Source: an uncultured Gammaproteobacteria bacterium
Lineage (GTDB): Bacteria; Pseudomonadota; Gammaproteobacteria; DRLM01
DNA: 64,000 bases
Direction: 5' to 3'
NCBI GenBank assembly: GCA_963761035.1
Contig: CAVXFH010000002.1
Coordinates: 1,930,915-1,994,914, forward strand
The stretch's first letter is position 1; every line of letters starts with the position of its first letter. A program made the translations under genes and the position numbers. Below are positions 33,694-43,771 of the stretch, piece by piece. Below the pieces are notes generated by a model. It was given only the letters and a program-made list of their open reading frames with translations, was not told the DNA's origin and did not search any database.

Positions 33694-36261
33694 TTATTGT
33701 ATTACCCCCACCTTGACATCCGCTTGAGACAGCAGCTTGATGGGGACCGCCGCGGCCTTCCAGATGGTGTCGCAATACTGGCGTATGGAGCGGTCGGATG
33801 AAAACTTGCCGGCGTGCACCGTATTGAGGATGGACATCCGCGCCCAGTGTTCGGCGTCGCCGTAGGCCTGGCCGACCTGTCTCTGGCAATCCGCATAGGC
33901 CTGATAGTCCGCCATCACCAGGTAAGGATCGTGTCTGAGCAGGCCGTCGATGAGCGGACGAAACAGCTCGGTATCGCCGCGCGAGAAGAAGCCGCCGCGC
34001 AGCAGCTCGATGACCTCGCGCAACTCGGGATTGCCGTGATAATACTCCCAGGGCCTATAGCCGTTCGCCTTGAGTGCGGCGACTTCCGGCGTGGTCAGGC
34101 CGAACAGAAAAAAATTCTCTTTGCCCACCTCGTCCATGATCTCGATATTGGCGCCGTCCAGGGTGCCGATGGTCAGCGCGCCGTTCATGGCGAATTTCAT
34201 GTTGCCGGTGCCCGAGGCTTCCTTGCCGGCGGTGGAGATCTGTTCGGAGAGATCGGCCGCCGGATAGACGCGTTGGCCGTTGGTGACGTTGTAGTTGGGC
34301 AGGAATACCACCTTGAGCGTATCGCGGATGCCGGGGTCGCGATTCACGACGTCGCCGACCGCGGTGATGAGTTTTATCATCAGTTTGGCGATGTGGTAAC
34401 CGGGCGCCGCCTTGCCGCCGAAGATGAAGGTGCGCGGTTGAACGGCGAAGTGCGGATCGGACTTAAGGCGGTTGTATAAGGCGATGACGTGCAGGATGTT
34501 GAGGTGCTGGCGCTTGTACTCGTGGATGCGTTTCACCTGGATGTCGTACAGGGAATCGGGATTGATGAGTACGCCGGTCCGCCGCCGGACGAAGTCGGCG
34601 AAGTCCCGTTTGTTAGCGTGTTTTACCCCGCGCCACCGGTCGCGAAACGCGCCGTCTCCGGCCAGCGGTTCCAGGGCGCGCAACTGTCCCAGATCCCTAA
34701 GCCAGTGTTCGCCGATGGCCTCGGTGATCAACTCGGCCAGCCGGGGATTGCTCAGCGCCAGCCAGCGGCGCGGCGTGACGCCGTTGGTGATGTTGCAAAA
34801 TTTGTCGGGCCACAAGGCATAAAAGTCCTTGAGCACATCCTGCCGCAGTAATTGCGAATGCAGCTCCGCCACGCCGTTGATGGCGTGGCTGCCGACGCAG
34901 GCCAGGTGCGCCATGCGCACGTAGCGCTCGCCGCTTTCGTCGATCACTGACAGACGCGCGACCCGCTCCTCGTCGCCGAGAAAACGCATGCGCACCTCAT
35001 CGAGGAAGTGCCCGTTGATTTCATAAATGATCTCCAGATGGCGCGGCAATACCCGGCCGAAGATCGCCAGCGACCAGCGTTCCAGGGCCTCGGGCAGCAG
35101 TGTGTGATTGGTATAGGCAAAGGTGCGGCGGGTGATGTCCCACGCCGTATCCCAGTCCATGCCGTTCTCATCCACCAGCAGGCGCATCAGCTCGGCGACG
35201 GCGATCGCCGGGTGGGTGTCGTTGAGTTGCACGGCGAATTTTTCGTGGAAGCGGGTCAGCGGGATTTTCTGCACGCGGATGATGCGCAGCATGTCCTGCA
35301 ACGAGCATGAGACGAAGAAGAATTGTTGTTCCAGGCGCAATTCCTTGCCTTGCAGCGGCTCGTCATTGGGATAGAGGACCTTGCTGAGATTCTCGGATAC
35401 GATCTTCTTGTTGACCGCGCCGTAATAGTCGCCGCGGTTGAAGATGGAGAAGTCGAAGGACTCCGGCGCCTCCGCGCACCACAGGCGCAGCGTGTTGGCG
35501 GTATTGTTGCGATAACCCAGGATCGGTGTGTCGTAGGGAATGCCGTTGACGGTCTTGCCGGGAACCCAGCGGCTGCGTTGCCGTCCGTGTTCATCGGTAT
35601 AGCGCTCGGTGTGGCCGCCGAATTTCACCTCGACGGCCCACTCGGGGCGGGAGATTTCCCATGGATTGCCGAAGCGCAGCCATTTGTCGGTCTTTTCCAC
35701 CTGCCAGCCGTCGACGATGGATTGATCAAAGATGCCGAATTCGTAACGGATGCCGTAACCCAGCGAGGGAATCTCCAAGGTCGCCATGGAATCCAGATAA
35801 CAGGCGGCGAGACGGCCGAGGCCGCCGTTGCCGAGGCCGGGTTCTTCTTCGGTTTGCAGCAATTCGTCGAAATTGAGGCCGAGTTCGGCGACGACGTTTT
35901 TGACGGTATCGCAGATGCCGAGATTGATGAGATTGTTACCGAGATGGGGTCCGACCAGAAACTCCGCGGACAGATAGCAGACCGTACGCGAGCCTTGTTT
36001 GGTGTAGGCCGTCGCGGTGCTGATCCAGCGTTGCAGCATGCGGTCGCGCACCGCGTAAGCAAGCGCCATATAGTAATCGTTGCGGGTGGCCAGCGCGGGA
36101 AATTTGCCCAATACGTAGAAGAGATTGTCGAGGAAGGCGCGCTTGATGGCGGCCGGCGTCAATGCCGTATGATTGTCTTCATCCCGTTCGGCAGGTAATA
36201 CGAACAACTGAGCATCCACGTCCAATGCCTCTTCGCCGGTTTCTCTAGGAAGACGGTGCAA
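33694..36261 (-). CDS. glgP: Glycogen/maltodextrin phosphorylase (GT35)
   Basis: 855 aa. Pyridoxal-phosphate region 'EASGTGNMKFAMNGALTIGTLDGANIEI' (invariant Lys). Confidence 0.9.
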   Translation of the reverse strand: MHRLPRETGEEALDVDAQLFVLPAERDEDNHTALTPAAIKRAFLDNLFYVLGKFPALATRNDYYMALAYAVRDRMLQRWISTATAYTKQGSRTVCYLSAEFLVGPHLGNNLINLGICDTVKNVVAELGLNFDELLQTEEEPGLGNGGLGRLAACYLDSMATLEIPSLGYGIRYEFGIFDQSIVDGWQVEKTDKWLRFGNPWEISRPEWAVEVKFGGHTERYTDEHGRQRSRWVPGKTVNGIPYDTPILGYRNNTANTLRLWCAEAPESFDFSIFNRGDYYGAVNKKIVSENLSKVLYPNDEPLQGKELRLEQQFFFVSCSLQDMLRIIRVQKIPLTRFHEKFAVQLNDTHPAIAVAELMRLLVDENGMDWDTAWDITRRTFAYTNHTLLPEALERWSLAIFGRVLPRHLEIIYEINGHFLDEVRMRFLGDEERVARLSVIDESGERYVRMAHLACVGSHAINGVAELHSQLLRQDVLKDFYALWPDKFCNITNGVTPRRWLALSNPRLAELITEAIGEHWLRDLGQLRALEPLAGDGAFRDRWRGVKHANKRDFADFVRRRTGVLINPDSLYDIQVKRIHEYKRQHLNILHVIALYNRLKSDPHFAVQPRTFIFGGKAAPGYHIAKLMIKLITAVGDVVNRDPGIRDTLKVVFLPNYNVTNGQRVYPAADLSEQISTAGKEASGTGNMKFAMNGALTIGTLDGANIEIMDEVGKENFFLFGLTTPEVAALKANGYRPWEYYHGNPELREVIELLRGGFFSRGDTELFRPLIDGLLRHDPYLVMADYQAYADCQRQVGQAYGDAEHWARMSILNTVHAGKFSSDRSIRQYCDTIWKAAAVPIKLLSQADVKVGVIQ

Positions 36262-36594
36262 TATCCGTGCAAGGCTGCGCGGAATATGACGGGAGTATCA
36301 CGGAGTGCGTTTACTTCAGGGGTTTCAATATATTAATTTCAGTCTGTGCGCGTCGGTCTGCTGGGCCGCAAGAACGGAATGCGCATATTCTGCACCGTCG
36401 CGGCGCGATCGATCGATATATGCACTGATTCGAGACGGGGCGACGCGCTTATCGTGCGCTGCTTATATATTGAGAAGGTGCGCATCACTGCAGCGATGCT
36501 GGCCAGCGCGTTAAAACTTCCGTTCTCGTTTTACGAATCGCGAGTAGGCGATCAATTCATTGAATCGTCTGCCAATTATTAAGACCGTCGAATC

Positions 36595-36623
36595 TTGACA
36601 GCCTACGTGGATAATCCTAGGAT
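36595..36623 (+). promoter_or_regulatory. Candidate sigma-70 promoter TTGACA-17-TAGGAT
   Basis: Perfect -35 hexamer, 17-nt spacer, 4/6 -10 match. Would give a ~140-nt leader for the DUF1059 gene. Confidence 0.3.
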
Positions 36624-36771
36624 GAAGGCGGCATCTTCAGGTGTCATGTCATTTGCAAACACTCCTCATTTCTACCCCATTGTGATGTGCCCTGATGATT
36701 CATGGGGCGAAGTGTCATGCGCTTGAGGTGTCACGGTTCCGGCGGCTTTCTGGCATGAAAAGGAGACGAGT

Positions 36772-36978
36772 ATGTCAAGCAAGCAATACAAAAAACTGGG
36801 TTGTCTGGATGTGAATCCAAAAGGCGGCTGTGCATTCGAAGTTCGCGCCGAATCGGAGGATGAAGTGTTGAGGATGGTCGGCGATCACGCCAAGACCATA
36901 CATAAGATGGCGAATCCTCCCCCCGAGATGATGACCAAAATCAAAGGCGCAATCAAAACAGTCACGGTTAATGTTTGA
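36772..36978 (+). CDS. DUF1059-family small protein
   Basis: 68 aa, 'KKLGCLDVNPKGGCAFEVRAESEDEVLRMVGDHAKTIHKM' fits the DUF1059 pattern. AAGGAG SD. GC well below local average. Confidence 0.6.
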   Translation: MSSKQYKKLGCLDVNPKGGCAFEVRAESEDEVLRMVGDHAKTIHKMANPPPEMMTKIKGAIKTVTVNV

Positions 36979-37001
36979 TACAGGCAAAGACGCATGGCGC
37001 A

Positions 37002-37030
37002 GGGGAGGCGGCGCACGCCTCCCCTTTTTT
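37002..37030 (+). terminator. Rho-independent terminator (GGGGAGGCG-gcgca-CGCCTCCCC + T6); a second hairpin follows at 37038-37063
   Basis: Perfect 9-bp GC stem plus T tract 24 nt after the DUF1059 stop; second stem CGGCGGC/GCCGCCG plus T5. Confidence 0.7.
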
Positions 37031-37183
37031 GCAAGCCCGGCGGCATCGAGGGCCGCCGTTTTTCTTCCCGCCATGGATGCTTGATTTTCTGATTAGGCTA
37101 TTGACGGATTGCCGATACCTGATCTTCGGATCGGCCCGCCGCGGGACGAATCGCAGGCGGCATTTTCCCGACGCGCGGGCCTA

Positions 37184-37654
37184 CTAGCTTTCGACACTTT
37201 GCCCCGCGGCAGGCCTGGCGATATCGACGGCGGTGATATCGCCGCGCGGGTCGTGATGGATGACCAGATATTTCGCGGCCTGCCATTGCTCGAGTCGTTG
37301 CGGGTCGATCTTGAAGGCGCGGGCGCGGGTGGCGAGGTCAACGGGGTTGGTGCTTTTACGCAGTTCCTTATCGCGAAAGCGCAGGAGATTGTATCTCCCC
37401 CAACTGATCTGAACGACGGCGATGAGCGCAATAATGAGCGCGTACCAGCCAACGTCATGGAGCAGGGTTTTATACCCGTCGTTGTCGATGATGTTTTCGC
37501 GAAACAGCTTGACGCCGATCAGCCAGGCAACCAGGCTGATGAGAGGCAGCCACAGATAGATCCAGAACACCCAGAAGACGAAGGTGATCCCGCCGGTGGC
37601 GGCGCGTTGCAACGGCGATTGCAGATCCGGACGTTCGATGATGACGCGCTTCAT
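37184..37654 (-). CDS. pgaD: PGA biosynthesis protein PgaD
   Basis: 156 aa with two N-terminal TM helices ('ITFVFWVFWIYLWLPLISLVAWLIGV', 'WYALIIALIAVVQISW'). ATGA overlap with the pgaC stop. The longer ORF-track call (to 38455) is an out-of-frame artefact over pgaC. Confidence 0.6.
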   Translation of the reverse strand: MKRVIIERPDLQSPLQRAATGGITFVFWVFWIYLWLPLISLVAWLIGVKLFRENIIDNDGYKTLLHDVGWYALIIALIAVVQISWGRYNLLRFRDKELRKSTNPVDLATRARAFKIDPQRLEQWQAAKYLVIHHDPRGDITAVDIARPAAGQSVES

Positions 37655-38925
37655 GGCCGCACTCCTCGGTCGGGACTCTTCCAGACGCCGCGGCGGACTC
37701 TGCGCCTGTGCAGGATGGCCTTGGGCAGGGCGACCACGGTGGTGATCACGCTCAGTATCCAGTAGGCCATGGGGTACCAGATCATCCAGTAATAGTATTT
37801 GCCCAAACCGCGTTCGTAGCGGGAATCGATGAGCAGGCTGACGGCGAATTGCAACAGGCATGTCGTGCCCAGGATCACGCCGTTCCAGCCGGGGATAAGC
37901 GAGGGCGCGCGTAACCAGTCCGGCAGCGGTATGACGTATTGCAGGAACCAGACGGCGGCGATGATCACGATGGTATAGGCCCAGAAAACGCTGAAGATGT
38001 ATTCGAGGCACACGCCCCACATGCGCCGCTTGCGCCACGCGAACATGTTGCGGCCGTATTCGAGCAGGGCCTCCATGCCGCCCTGGGCCCAGCGCAGACG
38101 CTGGCGCCACAGGCCGCGGAGGGTTTCGGGCATGAGTATCCAGCATAAGGCATTGGGTTCGAAGCGGATGTCCCAATGGTTGAGCTGCATGCGCCAACTG
38201 ATATCGATGTCGTCGGTGACGGTATTGATATTCCAGTAACCCGACTGGTGCAAGGCCGCCTTGCGAAATCCCGTCACCACGCCGGAAACCGTGAAGACGC
38301 GCCCGTAGATGCGCTGGGCGCGCTTGATCATGCCGATGATGGCGGAGAATTCGCCCACCTGGATTCTGCCGAGCAGGGTGGAGCGGGTGCGGATGCGGGG
38401 ATTGCCGGTGACGGCGCCGACCCGCGGGCCGCTGAGCAGATGGCTCATGATCCATGTCGTGGCGTGCTTGTCGAGCAGCGCGTCGCCGTCGATGCAGATC
38501 AGGTATTCGTTGGGCGACATCAGCGCGCCCATGCGCAGCGCCATGGCCTTGCCCTGGTTTTCAGCGAGGTGGATGACGCGCAATTTTTCATGTTTGGCGC
38601 CGAGGGCGTCGAGGATCGCGCCGGTATCGTCCTTGCTGCCGTCATTGACGGCGATTATCTCGAAGCTCGGATAAATATTCTGCAGGAGATAGCTAATAGT
38701 CTCCTCGATATTATCCGCTTCGTCATAACAGGGCACGATAATGGATACCGGCGGCGATTCGGGCAGCGCGGGCACCTCATGAACGCGGTGTCGTTTGCCG
38801 ATCTCCCAGTGATAGTAATAGTAGAGCGCGCCGATCATCCACACGAAGGCCATGAACAACGGATAGTAGAACTGGAATGCGAATAACCAGGACAGGGGAG
38901 CTTGGGTTATATCCGTCATCGTCAT
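37651..38925 (-). CDS. pgaC: Poly-beta-1,6-N-acetyl-D-glucosamine synthase (GT2)
   Basis: 424 aa. GT2 motifs 'DEADNIEETI', 'CIDGDALLD' (DxD), 'QRLRWAQGG' (QxxRW). Confidence 0.9.
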   Translation of the reverse strand: MTMTDITQAPLSWLFAFQFYYPLFMAFVWMIGALYYYYHWEIGKRHRVHEVPALPESPPVSIIVPCYDEADNIEETISYLLQNIYPSFEIIAVNDGSKDDTGAILDALGAKHEKLRVIHLAENQGKAMALRMGALMSPNEYLICIDGDALLDKHATTWIMSHLLSGPRVGAVTGNPRIRTRSTLLGRIQVGEFSAIIGMIKRAQRIYGRVFTVSGVVTGFRKAALHQSGYWNINTVTDDIDISWRMQLNHWDIRFEPNALCWILMPETLRGLWRQRLRWAQGGMEALLEYGRNMFAWRKRRMWGVCLEYIFSVFWAYTIVIIAAVWFLQYVIPLPDWLRAPSLIPGWNGVILGTTCLLQFAVSLLIDSRYERGLGKYYYWMIWYPMAYWILSVITTVVALPKAILHRRRVRRGVWKSPDRGVRP

Positions 38926-38926
38926 C

Positions 38927-40882
38927 CTACCTGTAGGGATTCGCCCGCAGGGAAAATTGCGGTTCGATCACGCGGATGGCGGGATGCCCGGTTGCAAAAT
39001 CGTCCGGGTAGTAACCGAAATTAGTGATTCCCTTGCGCCGCAACAAGGCCATGTCCGCGGCGATGTCTACGCTGTGCAGCGGCATTTTATTGCTCCAATC
39101 CTCGGCCTGCAGTTCGAAGACGGTATGCGGCGCCGCGCCGGGAATCGCGATCACCCGGTCGGCGAGTGTTGTCAGCCAGTGCCGGGGTTGCGATGCACCT
39201 TCGAGATGGGGCATGGCCATTACCGCGGCGTAGTCATAGTGATCGAGAAAGGCCGGGAGGGACTGGGCGAACCACGCCTCCGCGCGGGGGTCCATAACGA
39301 CCGCGGCGTAGATGTTGCGCGCGGTTTTGATGTTGGGGCGGTACTCGCGGACCCGCGCGGCGAGTTCATCGGTGAAGTCGAGCAGGAATTGTGTCTTGTG
39401 CCGGGACCATGCGGCCGTGTCCGCGGCGCCGCGGTGAATCTCGTCGATCGTCGCCGGCAGACCCCAAGCCTCTTGGTAGTGGGCCAGCGCCGCGGGGCTG
39501 TCGTCTTCATCGTCGGTGAAATAGGCGTCGTCGTGGAAGAGGATGCCGTCGAAGTCATCGTATTTCGCCAGGTCTGCGTAGATGTCGCCGATCAGCCTGC
39601 GCACCTCGGGGTAAAAGGGCGACAGGCGCCGGTAGTGCCGGTCCGAGGCGTTGTCCCGTTGCGCCGCATGTTGAACCGTCAAACGCGCCGCGGGGTTCCC
39701 GTCCGGGAGTTTGTAGGCCAGGACCGGCAACCACGCATACACCTTGACCAGGGCGCGGGTGCGCAATTGGTGGGCGGCGTGGCTGAAGAGATTCGCCCGC
39801 ATCGGGAGATGGCGGTTGGGAAAATACAGCGCATCGGCGCTGCCGTCGCCGTCCGGATCGGCGAAGGCCTGCAGGAAGACGGTATTGATTTCCAGCTTCT
39901 TGATGCGCTCGATGAGTAGTCCCAGATTTTTTTCCTGCTGCGCGGGGTCGGGGTCATAAACGTAATCGAGATCTACGTGGGCGACGTGCATCGGCTGCAA
40001 CCCGCCTTTGTAGAGCAACCGCCAGACGAAATCCGAGAGCCGGGTGTTGTGGCGTATGAGATAACGGGGAACGGACTGCAGGTGCTGCACATCTCCCTCG
40101 CCGTCCGCGAGATTCAGGGTGACGGGGATCCCGAGTTCTTTGGCTATGTCGATGGCGGATTTTGTGTAACTGCCGTAGGGCCAGACCACGGCGCGGGGCT
40201 TGTGGCCCAGCTCACGCTGGATGATCTGTATGCTGCGATCCAGATCATCGCGGATTCTGCGGCGGTAGTGATCGCTGTCTTCATAACGGCCCGTGGTTTT
40301 GTCATAGAGTCGCGTGGCGGGAGCGGGCAATTCGTTGCCTTGCGGGTTGGCCAGGATGCCGCGGTGCAGTTCATCGCTGTGGCTGACGGCTTCCACCAGC
40401 CCCGATTTTTCCATTTCGCGCACCTGATCCCAGCTGAGCAACTGTTCCCGGACACGCTGTTCATCGTCGTAACGGACTTTCTCGCCGGGTTTGTGCTCCA
40501 TCCAACCGGTGACCAGGGCCAGAATCGCGGGGAAATGGTAGAGCTTAAGCAGGGGATAGACCCGGGTGTACATGCTTTGGTAGCCGTCGTCGAAGGTGAG
40601 CAACACCGCCTTGTCCGGCAGAGGACGGCGCCCGTCGCGGGCGGCGATGAGGTCGTCGAGGCCGATGGGGTGATAATCGTGGGCGTGTAACCAGGAAAAC
40701 TGAGCGACCAATTCATCACTGCTTAGGGTGATAGTCTGAGTTTTGGCCGGTACGGTGTCCTGGATGTCGTGATAGCAAAGGGCGACGAACGTCTCGGCGG
40801 CGCGGAGGGACGCGGCGTAGCAGGAGACCAATAGTATCAAAGCGAGCTTAGCCCGTAATTTCCGCATCTTCAGAATCTCCAA
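38927..40882 (-). CDS. pgaB: Poly-beta-1,6-N-acetyl-D-glucosamine N-deacetylase (CE4 + C-terminal GH-like domain)
   Basis: 651 aa (E. coli 672), signal peptide. CE4 motifs 'TFDDGY' and 'HSDELHRG'. Order pgaA-B-C-D. Confidence 0.85.
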   Translation of the reverse strand: MEILKMRKLRAKLALILLVSCYAASLRAAETFVALCYHDIQDTVPAKTQTITLSSDELVAQFSWLHAHDYHPIGLDDLIAARDGRRPLPDKAVLLTFDDGYQSMYTRVYPLLKLYHFPAILALVTGWMEHKPGEKVRYDDEQRVREQLLSWDQVREMEKSGLVEAVSHSDELHRGILANPQGNELPAPATRLYDKTTGRYEDSDHYRRRIRDDLDRSIQIIQRELGHKPRAVVWPYGSYTKSAIDIAKELGIPVTLNLADGEGDVQHLQSVPRYLIRHNTRLSDFVWRLLYKGGLQPMHVAHVDLDYVYDPDPAQQEKNLGLLIERIKKLEINTVFLQAFADPDGDGSADALYFPNRHLPMRANLFSHAAHQLRTRALVKVYAWLPVLAYKLPDGNPAARLTVQHAAQRDNASDRHYRRLSPFYPEVRRLIGDIYADLAKYDDFDGILFHDDAYFTDDEDDSPAALAHYQEAWGLPATIDEIHRGAADTAAWSRHKTQFLLDFTDELAARVREYRPNIKTARNIYAAVVMDPRAEAWFAQSLPAFLDHYDYAAVMAMPHLEGASQPRHWLTTLADRVIAIPGAAPHTVFELQAEDWSNKMPLHSVDIAADMALLRRKGITNFGYYPDDFATGHPAIRVIEPQFSLRANPYR

Positions 40883-43305
40883 TGCAGATTGAGGTAAAGA
40901 CGGGTATGGGTTTCGTATGCGCCGTCATAAGCGGGCCGGTTGAGCGCGATGCCGTAGATGAGATTGATCCGGTCATATAAGCGCCATTCGTGTTCGTAAA
41001 AGAGCCCGGGGACGAGTTTGTCGCTGAAGCCGTTTTCCTCATACGTGCCCAGGCTGAGGCCCAGGCGATGCAGGAAGTCGCGGTCATAGCGGTGCATCAG
41101 CCACCACTCGTTGATGAACGATGCATCCAGCGACAGATCGCTGCCGGGATTGTAGTAAGAAGCGGCGTCGCGGGTGTTTTGCGACGCGTAGACAGCGAGC
41201 CGACCGTCGAGTTTATAGCGGGGACGATTGATCAGGCGCTGGAAGGCGGTGGCGCTTTCGATGGTGCGTTGGTTGCCGTCGCTGAATTCCAGATGCTGCA
41301 GGCCCGCGGCAAAACTGCGCGATTCGTGGACCCGGTATTCGGCATTGGCTCCCAGCGACCATCCGTCGATATCCTCATTGAGTCGGCCGCGCAAGGGCAC
41401 ATCATTACTGTAACTGTCGTAAGCGCCGCTGATCCGCCAGTGATCGTCGGCCATCCACAGGCCGTGCAGGGCGAGTCCCAAAGCGGCGTCGCGGCCGAAA
41501 CCGTCGGAGAGTTCGCCGCTCAGCTCCACATCCCGGGCGCGGTATTCCAGCCCCGCGCCGAAACGGTGGTAGGTGGCCGTGCCCTCGGGAAAGGTCGCTT
41601 GGGCGAGGTAGTCGTGGCCGAACACGCGATAGTGAAGTTTCTGCGGCGCGGAATATAAATGGGTGTCGAGGTCCAGGTCCGTGGAGCCGAACTGGCTGCC
41701 GCTGCTGAAGGTGGCGGAGGACTGTACCCAGAGTTCGCGCATGTTGTGGATTTCCCAACTGCGCCGCAGCTTGTCGATTTGCCCATCGTCCGGATATTGG
41801 GCTAGCAATGCCGCGATCTTGGGATCGGCGGCGGCGAAATCGTTTCTGGCGCGATCCGCATCGACTTCGCCGAGGTGGCCGGTCAATACTTCCGGTTCGA
41901 TCGCCTGGCCGATGCGAAACTGATCCATGGCCCGCCGCGGCCAACCGCGCCACAAATAAACGTAACCCAGTTCGGCATTCAGGTAGGGATTGTTTGGCGC
42001 CGCCCGCGTCAAGGCCTCGTAGCGGGTTTGTGCCTCGGCAAGATCGCCGCTCCAGGCGCGCGCCATGGCGGCGCTGCTCTCGCTGCGCAGCTTCAGGTCG
42101 GGGTCGGTCTGTGCCGCGGCGAGGGCGTCAATGATGTCGTAGGCGCGTTCCTGTTCATTGAGATCGAAGTAGGTGTAATAGAGCGCCATGCGCAATTGGA
42201 AATCGTCGGGGCGGTCCTGCAGCAGTTTTAGGTAAATGTCGCGGGCGCGTTCGGGGTTGTGCAAAGAACCGTAGGCGTCGGCCGCCGCTTGCTCGGCGTA
42301 GTCGGGTATTTCCGACTTATCCGCTTGCAGCGCCTCGTAGATGGCGACCGCTTGTCGCGGCTGGTTGCGGTCGCGAAACGCCACGATGAGATCGAGGCGG
42401 GCGCGCCGTGCCAGGGGCGTGCCGCCGTCACCGCGTTTTTCCAGGCGATTCACCAGATCCGTCAGCATAACTATGCCGCGGTCGATATCTTCAAACCGGG
42501 CGGAGGGTTGCGGATGATAGAGATCCTTCCAACGCAGATATTTGGCGGCCGCGTCGATGGTCAGCGCATCCATTTCGCTCTCCGCAAGCAGGCCGGGATG
42601 GCTGCGGGCCATGTCGAGGGCGCGCGGCGCCGCTCCCATCCGTGCGGTAATGAATATGCGCTGCCGCTGCGCCTCCCGGTGGTCGGGGTTGAGCGCAAGG
42701 AGGCGGTCGTAGGCGGCAAGCGCCTCGAATAGTTGATGGTTATTTTCGTAAGCCGCGGCCAGGGATGCAATTCCCTCCGTGTTGTTGGGATGGCGCCGCG
42801 TGAACGGTTTCAGCAGATCGAGCGCCTCGCTGGATTTACCTTGGTCGACCAGGCTCATGGCCAGTCCGATGACGCTGTCGGCCCGGTTCGGCGCGCGATT
42901 CACCGCCATGCGGTAATATTCGACGGCGCGCGCCGAATCGCCCACGCCGCGCTCGGCATGACCGAGGCTCTCCAATACGTAAGCCGGGGCATCCTGCAGT
43001 CGCACCCGGGGTATCTGGGCCAGTTCATCATTGTAGCGTTCAGCCCAGCCCAGGACGGTGATGTAATCGTAGAGATAATCGCGCTTGTCCGGATAGGCGG
43101 CGGCGAGTTCGCGGAGCAGGGGCAGGGCCTGATCATGATGGCCTTCACGGGCGAGCTGGATGGCCTTGTGGTATTTCACTTCGGGATTATCGGCCGCTGC
43201 CAATGCGCAAGGAAGCAGCAGGATCGCGATGATCAGCAACCGCCGGCGCCGGTACCCTAGCGGCCGGCTTGCAAGTTTAGTATATGTGCCGGGGCTGTAT
43301 CGCAT
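40870..43305 (-). CDS. pgaA: PGA export porin PgaA (TPR periplasmic domain + C-terminal beta-barrel)
   Basis: 811 aa (E. coli 807), signal peptide, many TPR-like repeats, C-terminal aromatic 'LHWRF'. 13-nt overlap with pgaB. No clear SD at the annotated ATG. Confidence 0.85.
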   Translation of the reverse strand: MRYSPGTYTKLASRPLGYRRRRLLIIAILLLPCALAAADNPEVKYHKAIQLAREGHHDQALPLLRELAAAYPDKRDYLYDYITVLGWAERYNDELAQIPRVRLQDAPAYVLESLGHAERGVGDSARAVEYYRMAVNRAPNRADSVIGLAMSLVDQGKSSEALDLLKPFTRRHPNNTEGIASLAAAYENNHQLFEALAAYDRLLALNPDHREAQRQRIFITARMGAAPRALDMARSHPGLLAESEMDALTIDAAAKYLRWKDLYHPQPSARFEDIDRGIVMLTDLVNRLEKRGDGGTPLARRARLDLIVAFRDRNQPRQAVAIYEALQADKSEIPDYAEQAAADAYGSLHNPERARDIYLKLLQDRPDDFQLRMALYYTYFDLNEQERAYDIIDALAAAQTDPDLKLRSESSAAMARAWSGDLAEAQTRYEALTRAAPNNPYLNAELGYVYLWRGWPRRAMDQFRIGQAIEPEVLTGHLGEVDADRARNDFAAADPKIAALLAQYPDDGQIDKLRRSWEIHNMRELWVQSSATFSSGSQFGSTDLDLDTHLYSAPQKLHYRVFGHDYLAQATFPEGTATYHRFGAGLEYRARDVELSGELSDGFGRDAALGLALHGLWMADDHWRISGAYDSYSNDVPLRGRLNEDIDGWSLGANAEYRVHESRSFAAGLQHLEFSDGNQRTIESATAFQRLINRPRYKLDGRLAVYASQNTRDAASYYNPGSDLSLDASFINEWWLMHRYDRDFLHRLGLSLGTYEENGFSDKLVPGLFYEHEWRLYDRINLIYGIALNRPAYDGAYETHTRLYLNLHWRF

Positions 43306-43771
43306 CTGGTATGGGGGCTGGCCGTATTCGCTCTGCCGTCTGCGCCGGGATTCTCGTTGGAAGTGATTATCGTGTTATTTAAGGTTTGCGGTTCAATGCA
43401 TCGAACACCGCGCGGACCTAAAGCTTTTCCTTAAGCCCATAACTAACCGCCATTCGCAACCCGGCTGTCGTGAATAGCGGTGTCTCAACGGGCGTTATGA
43501 TAGCGCGGGAATAGCCTTGGCGCTATTGATGGGCGAAGCCTTGGGTTTGGTCTGCCACAAGATAAATAGGGTATTAATACGGCCGAAAGATGGCGCGTCC
43601 AAGTACGGCGCCGATGCGGCGCCGTTTGGCTAAATTCCGGAGACCGTTTAATTATTTTTCAAACTGGGGCGTTAACCGCGGCGTCCTATTGCTTGGCAAA
43701 TGGCGGCAAAACCGGATAGGCTGATCGCTACTGCGCGGCGCCTAAGTGACGGCGCCGCTCGGATTGTCTAG

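Noticed and set aside
36741-36760. TGGCAT-gaaaa-GGAGA upstream of the DUF1059 gene as a sigma-54 promoter
   Set aside because: Has the -24 GG element but no TTGC -12 element. The GGAGA is simply the Shine-Dalgarno site.
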